64,000 bases of DNA, taken from positions 21,832-85,831 of the forward strand of contig CACYSU010000001.1 of NCBI GenBank assembly GCA_902777205.1, given 5' to 3'. How positions within the stretch are numbered: the first letter of the stretch is position 1; every line of letters begins with the position of its first letter. The DNA comes from an uncultured Rhodospirillales bacterium. GTDB lineage: Bacteria > Pseudomonadota > Alphaproteobacteria > CAAGCB01 > CAG-977. Made by a program: the position numbers and the translations under genes. The notes beneath the pieces were generated by a model, which was not told the DNA's origin, ran no database searches, and was given only the letters and a program-made list of their open reading frames with translations. Below, in pieces: positions 61,501-64,000 of the stretch.

Positions 61501-62814
61501 ATGCGTTTATCCCGTTATTTTATGCCGACCCTGAAAGAAAATCCGGTCGAAGCCCAAATCGTGTCCCATCGCCTGATGCTGCGCGCCGGCATGATCCGCC
61601 AAAGCAGCGCGGGGATTTACACTTGGCTGCCTTTGGGATTGCGCGTTTTGAAAAAAATCGAACAGATCGTGCGCGAGGAACAGGATCGCGCGGGGGCGCA
61701 GGAATTGCTGATGCCGACTTTGCAGCCGTCCGATTTGTGGAAAGACAGCGGCCGTTACGACGCCTACGGCCCCGAAATGCTGCGCGTGACCGACCGTCAC
61801 GAACGCGTGCTGGTCTATGGCCCGACCGCCGAAGAGGTCATTAACGATCTGGCGCGCAACGAATTGAAAAGCTACAAGGAACTGCCCAAGATCCTGTACA
61901 ACATCCAATGGAAATTCCGCGACGAGGTGCGCCCCCGTTTCGGCGTGATGCGCGGCCGCGAATTTTTGATGAAGGACGCCTATTCGTTCGACCTGAGCTA
62001 CGAGGGCGCGAAACATTCCTATAACAAGATGTTCGTCGCCTATCTGCGCACGTTCGCGCGCTGCGGCGTCCACGCGATCCCGATGAAAGCGTCCACGGGG
62101 CCCATCGGCGGGGATTTGAGCCACGAATTCATCGTTCTGGCGGAAACGGGCGAAGAACAGGTCTATTGCGACAAAGCGTATCTGGATATGGAAATCCCGT
62201 CCGAAAACATCGACTATGATTCTGATTTGGAACCGCTGTACCAAAAATGGACGTCGCTGTACGCCGCGACCGAGGAAAAATACGACGAAGCCGAAGCGAA
62301 GGCCGTCGGCGACAATTTGCTGAGCGCGCGCGGCATCGAAGTCGGGCAGGTGTTCTATTACGGCAAGAAATACTCCAACCCGATGAACGTCGCCGTCGCG
62401 GGCGAAGACGGCAAGCCCGTTTCGATCGAAGGCGGATGTTACGGCATCGGCGTTTCCCGTTTGATGGGCGCGATTATCGAAGCGTCGCACGACGACAGCG
62501 GCATCATCTGGCCGGAATCCGTCGCCCCGTTCAAAGTCGGATTGGTCAACCTGACGGCGGGCAAGGCCGAAACGGACAAGGCGTGCGACGAATTGTACGC
62601 GACGCTGCAAAAGGCCGGCGTCGAGGTTCTGTACGATGACCGCGACGAACGCGCGGGCGTGAAATTTTCGACGATGGATTTGATCGGTCTGCCGTATCAG
62701 CTGATCGTCGGATCGCGCGGTCTGGCCAACGGCGTCGTCGAAATCAAAAACCGCAAAACCAGCGAACGCGTCGAAATGACGCCCGAAGCCGCCGTCGCGT
62801 TTTTGACGAAATGA
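61501..62814 (+). CDS. proS: Proline--tRNA ligase (short alphaproteobacterial type).
   Basis: [15 protein letters not shown]... Class II motifs. Confidence 0.9.
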   Translation: MRLSRYFMPTLKENPVEAQIVSHRLMLRAGMIRQSSAGIYTWLPLGLRVLKKIEQIVREEQDRAGAQELLMPTLQPSDLWKDSGRYDAYGPEMLRVTDRHERVLVYGPTAEEVINDLARNELKSYKELPKILYNIQWKFRDEVRPRFGVMRGREFLMKDAYSFDLSYEGAKHSYNKMFVAYLRTFARCGVHAIPMKASTGPIGGDLSHEFIVLAETGEEQVYCDKAYLDMEIPSENIDYDSDLEPLYQKWTSLYAATEEKYDEAEAKAVGDNLLSARGIEVGQVFYYGKKYSNPMNVAVAGEDGKPVSIEGGCYGIGVSRLMGAIIEASHDDSGIIWPESVAPFKVGLVNLTAGKAETDKACDELYATLQKAGVEVLYDDRDERAGVKFSTMDLIGLPYQLIVGSRGLANGVVEIKNRKTSERVEMTPEAAVAFLTK

Positions 62815-62824
62815 CGGTGGGGCG

Positions 62825-64000
62825 ATGATCTTTTCCGCTTTTGAACGAATGGTGGCTTTCCGCTATCTGCGGGCGCGGCGCAAAGAGGGATTCGTATCCG
62901 TGATCGCGGCGTTTTCCTTTTTGGGAATCGTGCTGGGGGTGGCGACGCTGATCATCGTCATGGCGGTCATGAACGGTTTCAGGCAGGAGCTTTTGTCCCG
63001 CGTGCTGGGGCTGAACGGGCATCTGGGCGTTTACGCCGCGAACGGAACCGTTTTGAACAATTACGAATCTTTGGCGGAAGAAGCCGCGGCGATCAAAGGG
63101 GTCAAACTGGTGATGCCTTTGATCGAAGGGCAGGTTATGGTCAGCTCCGTCCGCGGGGCGCAGGGCGCGATCGTGCGCGGCATCCGGCCGGCCGATTTGG
63201 AAAAGAAAAACTTTCTGGCGGACAGCATTGTCGGCGGGTCGATCGAAAGTTTCGGCAATGCCGACACGGTGCTGATCGGCGATCGTCTGGCGCGCAAGCT
63301 GGGCGTTTACGTCGGCGAGGAAATCACCCTGATTTCCCCCAAAGGCACGGTGACGGCGTTCGGCAGCGTGCCGCGGATGCGTTCCTACACGGTCGGCGGG
63401 ACGTTTTCCGTCGGGATGTACGAATACGATTCGGGTTTCATTTTCATGCCGATGGCCGCCGCGCAGAAATTTTTCAATATGGACGAATCGGTCACAAATC
63501 TGGAGGTTTTCCTGAACCACCACGATTTGGTTTCGACCGTTCAGCCGCAGGTCGCGGCGCGTCTGGGCGCGGGCGTGCGCGTTTACGACTGGCAGCGGTC
63601 GAACGCCGCGTTTTTCAACGCGATTCAGGTTGAACGCAACGTGATGTTTTTGATTTTGACTCTGATCATTCTGGTCGCGTCGTTCAATATGATTTCCGGA
63701 TTGATCATGCTGGTCAAGGACAAGGGGCGCGACATCGCCGTTTTGCGCACGATGGGCGCGACGCGCGGCATGATCATGCGCATATTCTTTATGAGCGGGG
63801 CGTCGATCGGGTTTTTCGGCACGTTGTTCGGCGTGCTGTTCGGGCTGCTGTTCTGCGACAACATCGAAACGATCCGCCGTTTTCTGGAAAGTCTGACGGG
63901 GACGGATCTGTTCGCGGCCGAAATCTATTTCCTGACGCAGCTGCCGGCGGAGGTCGATCCGGCCGAAGTGGTCGCCGTCGTGGTTATGGCTTTGCTGTTG
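62825..64000 (+). CDS. Lipoprotein-releasing system permease LolC/LolE, partial (runs off the window end).
   Basis: MIFSAFERMVAFRYLRARRKEGFVSVIAAFSFLGI... No stop within the window. Confidence 0.8.
   Translation, partial: MIFSAFERMVAFRYLRARRKEGFVSVIAAFSFLGIVLGVATLIIVMAVMNGFRQELLSRVLGLNGHLGVYAANGTVLNNYESLAEEAAAIKGVKLVMPLIEGQVMVSSVRGAQGAIVRGIRPADLEKKNFLADSIVGGSIESFGNADTVLIGDRLARKLGVYVGEEITLISPKGTVTAFGSVPRMRSYTVGGTFSVGMYEYDSGFIFMPMAAAQKFFNMDESVTNLEVFLNHHDLVSTVQPQVAARLGAGVRVYDWQRSNAAFFNAIQVERNVMFLILTLIILVASFNMISGLIMLVKDKGRDIAVLRTMGATRGMIMRIFFMSGASIGFFGTLFGVLFGLLFCDNIETIRRFLESLTGTDLFAAEIYFLTQLPAEVDPAEVVAVVVMALLL

Overview
This 64-kb window looks like a high-GC alphaproteobacterial chromosome interrupted by three low-GC accessory segments. 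It reads like a chromosome of the Rhizobiales/Rhodospirillales type. The evidence is the chvI-chvG-hprK-EIIA-HPr-ptsI block, yfgM-bamB-der and aroA-cmk...rpsA.

Segment A (1-3750) carries three things. The first is an N6-adenine DNA methyltransferase-domain gene whose frame is broken by an in-frame TAA and which runs off the left edge of the window. The second is an unknown protein with an AT-hook. The third is an Abi_2/HEPN-like gene.

Segment B (7671-19242) looks like an integrative mobilizable element. It begins at tRNA-Gln and ends at a P4-type tyrosine integrase. Its contents, in order, are:
- two AlpA-type excisionase/HTH genes;
- a MobC plus MOBQ-type relaxase-domain pair;
- an Mrr-catalytic-domain nuclease with an in-frame 237-bp tandem duplication;
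- a frameshifted AlbA_2 (Schlafen)/HATPase_c_4 gene;
- a tightly coupled two-gene module that is the best candidate for an undescribed defence system. It pairs a 929-aa DUF4145-like N-domain + RecD/TraA-type SF1 helicase + unknown 230-aa C-domain protein with a 536-aa TPR-like + tandem cold-shock-like OB-fold protein.

Segment C (21500-24480) is a 3-kb low-GC insertion that splits the normally contiguous cmk-rpsA pair. It carries three lipoproteins and a UDG-superfamily DNA glycosylase.

Between segments A and B sits a GC-rich cluster of lysine 2,3-aminomutase, two D-Ala-D-Ala-ligase-like ATP-grasp enzymes and a GNAT. This looks like an uncharacterised beta-lysine-derived metabolite pathway. 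It is followed by tRNA-Arg(CCG).

The right 37 kb is core housekeeping: TIGR02300, Sel1, miaB, phoH, ybeY, lnt, an ankyrin-repeat membrane protein, PTS-Ntr/ChvGI, rlmN, yfgM-bamB-der, mutL, pgi, an M16 peptidase pair, lspA, ribF, a polysaccharide/LPS-modification cluster, proS and lolC/E.

I found no CRISPR array and no rRNA.
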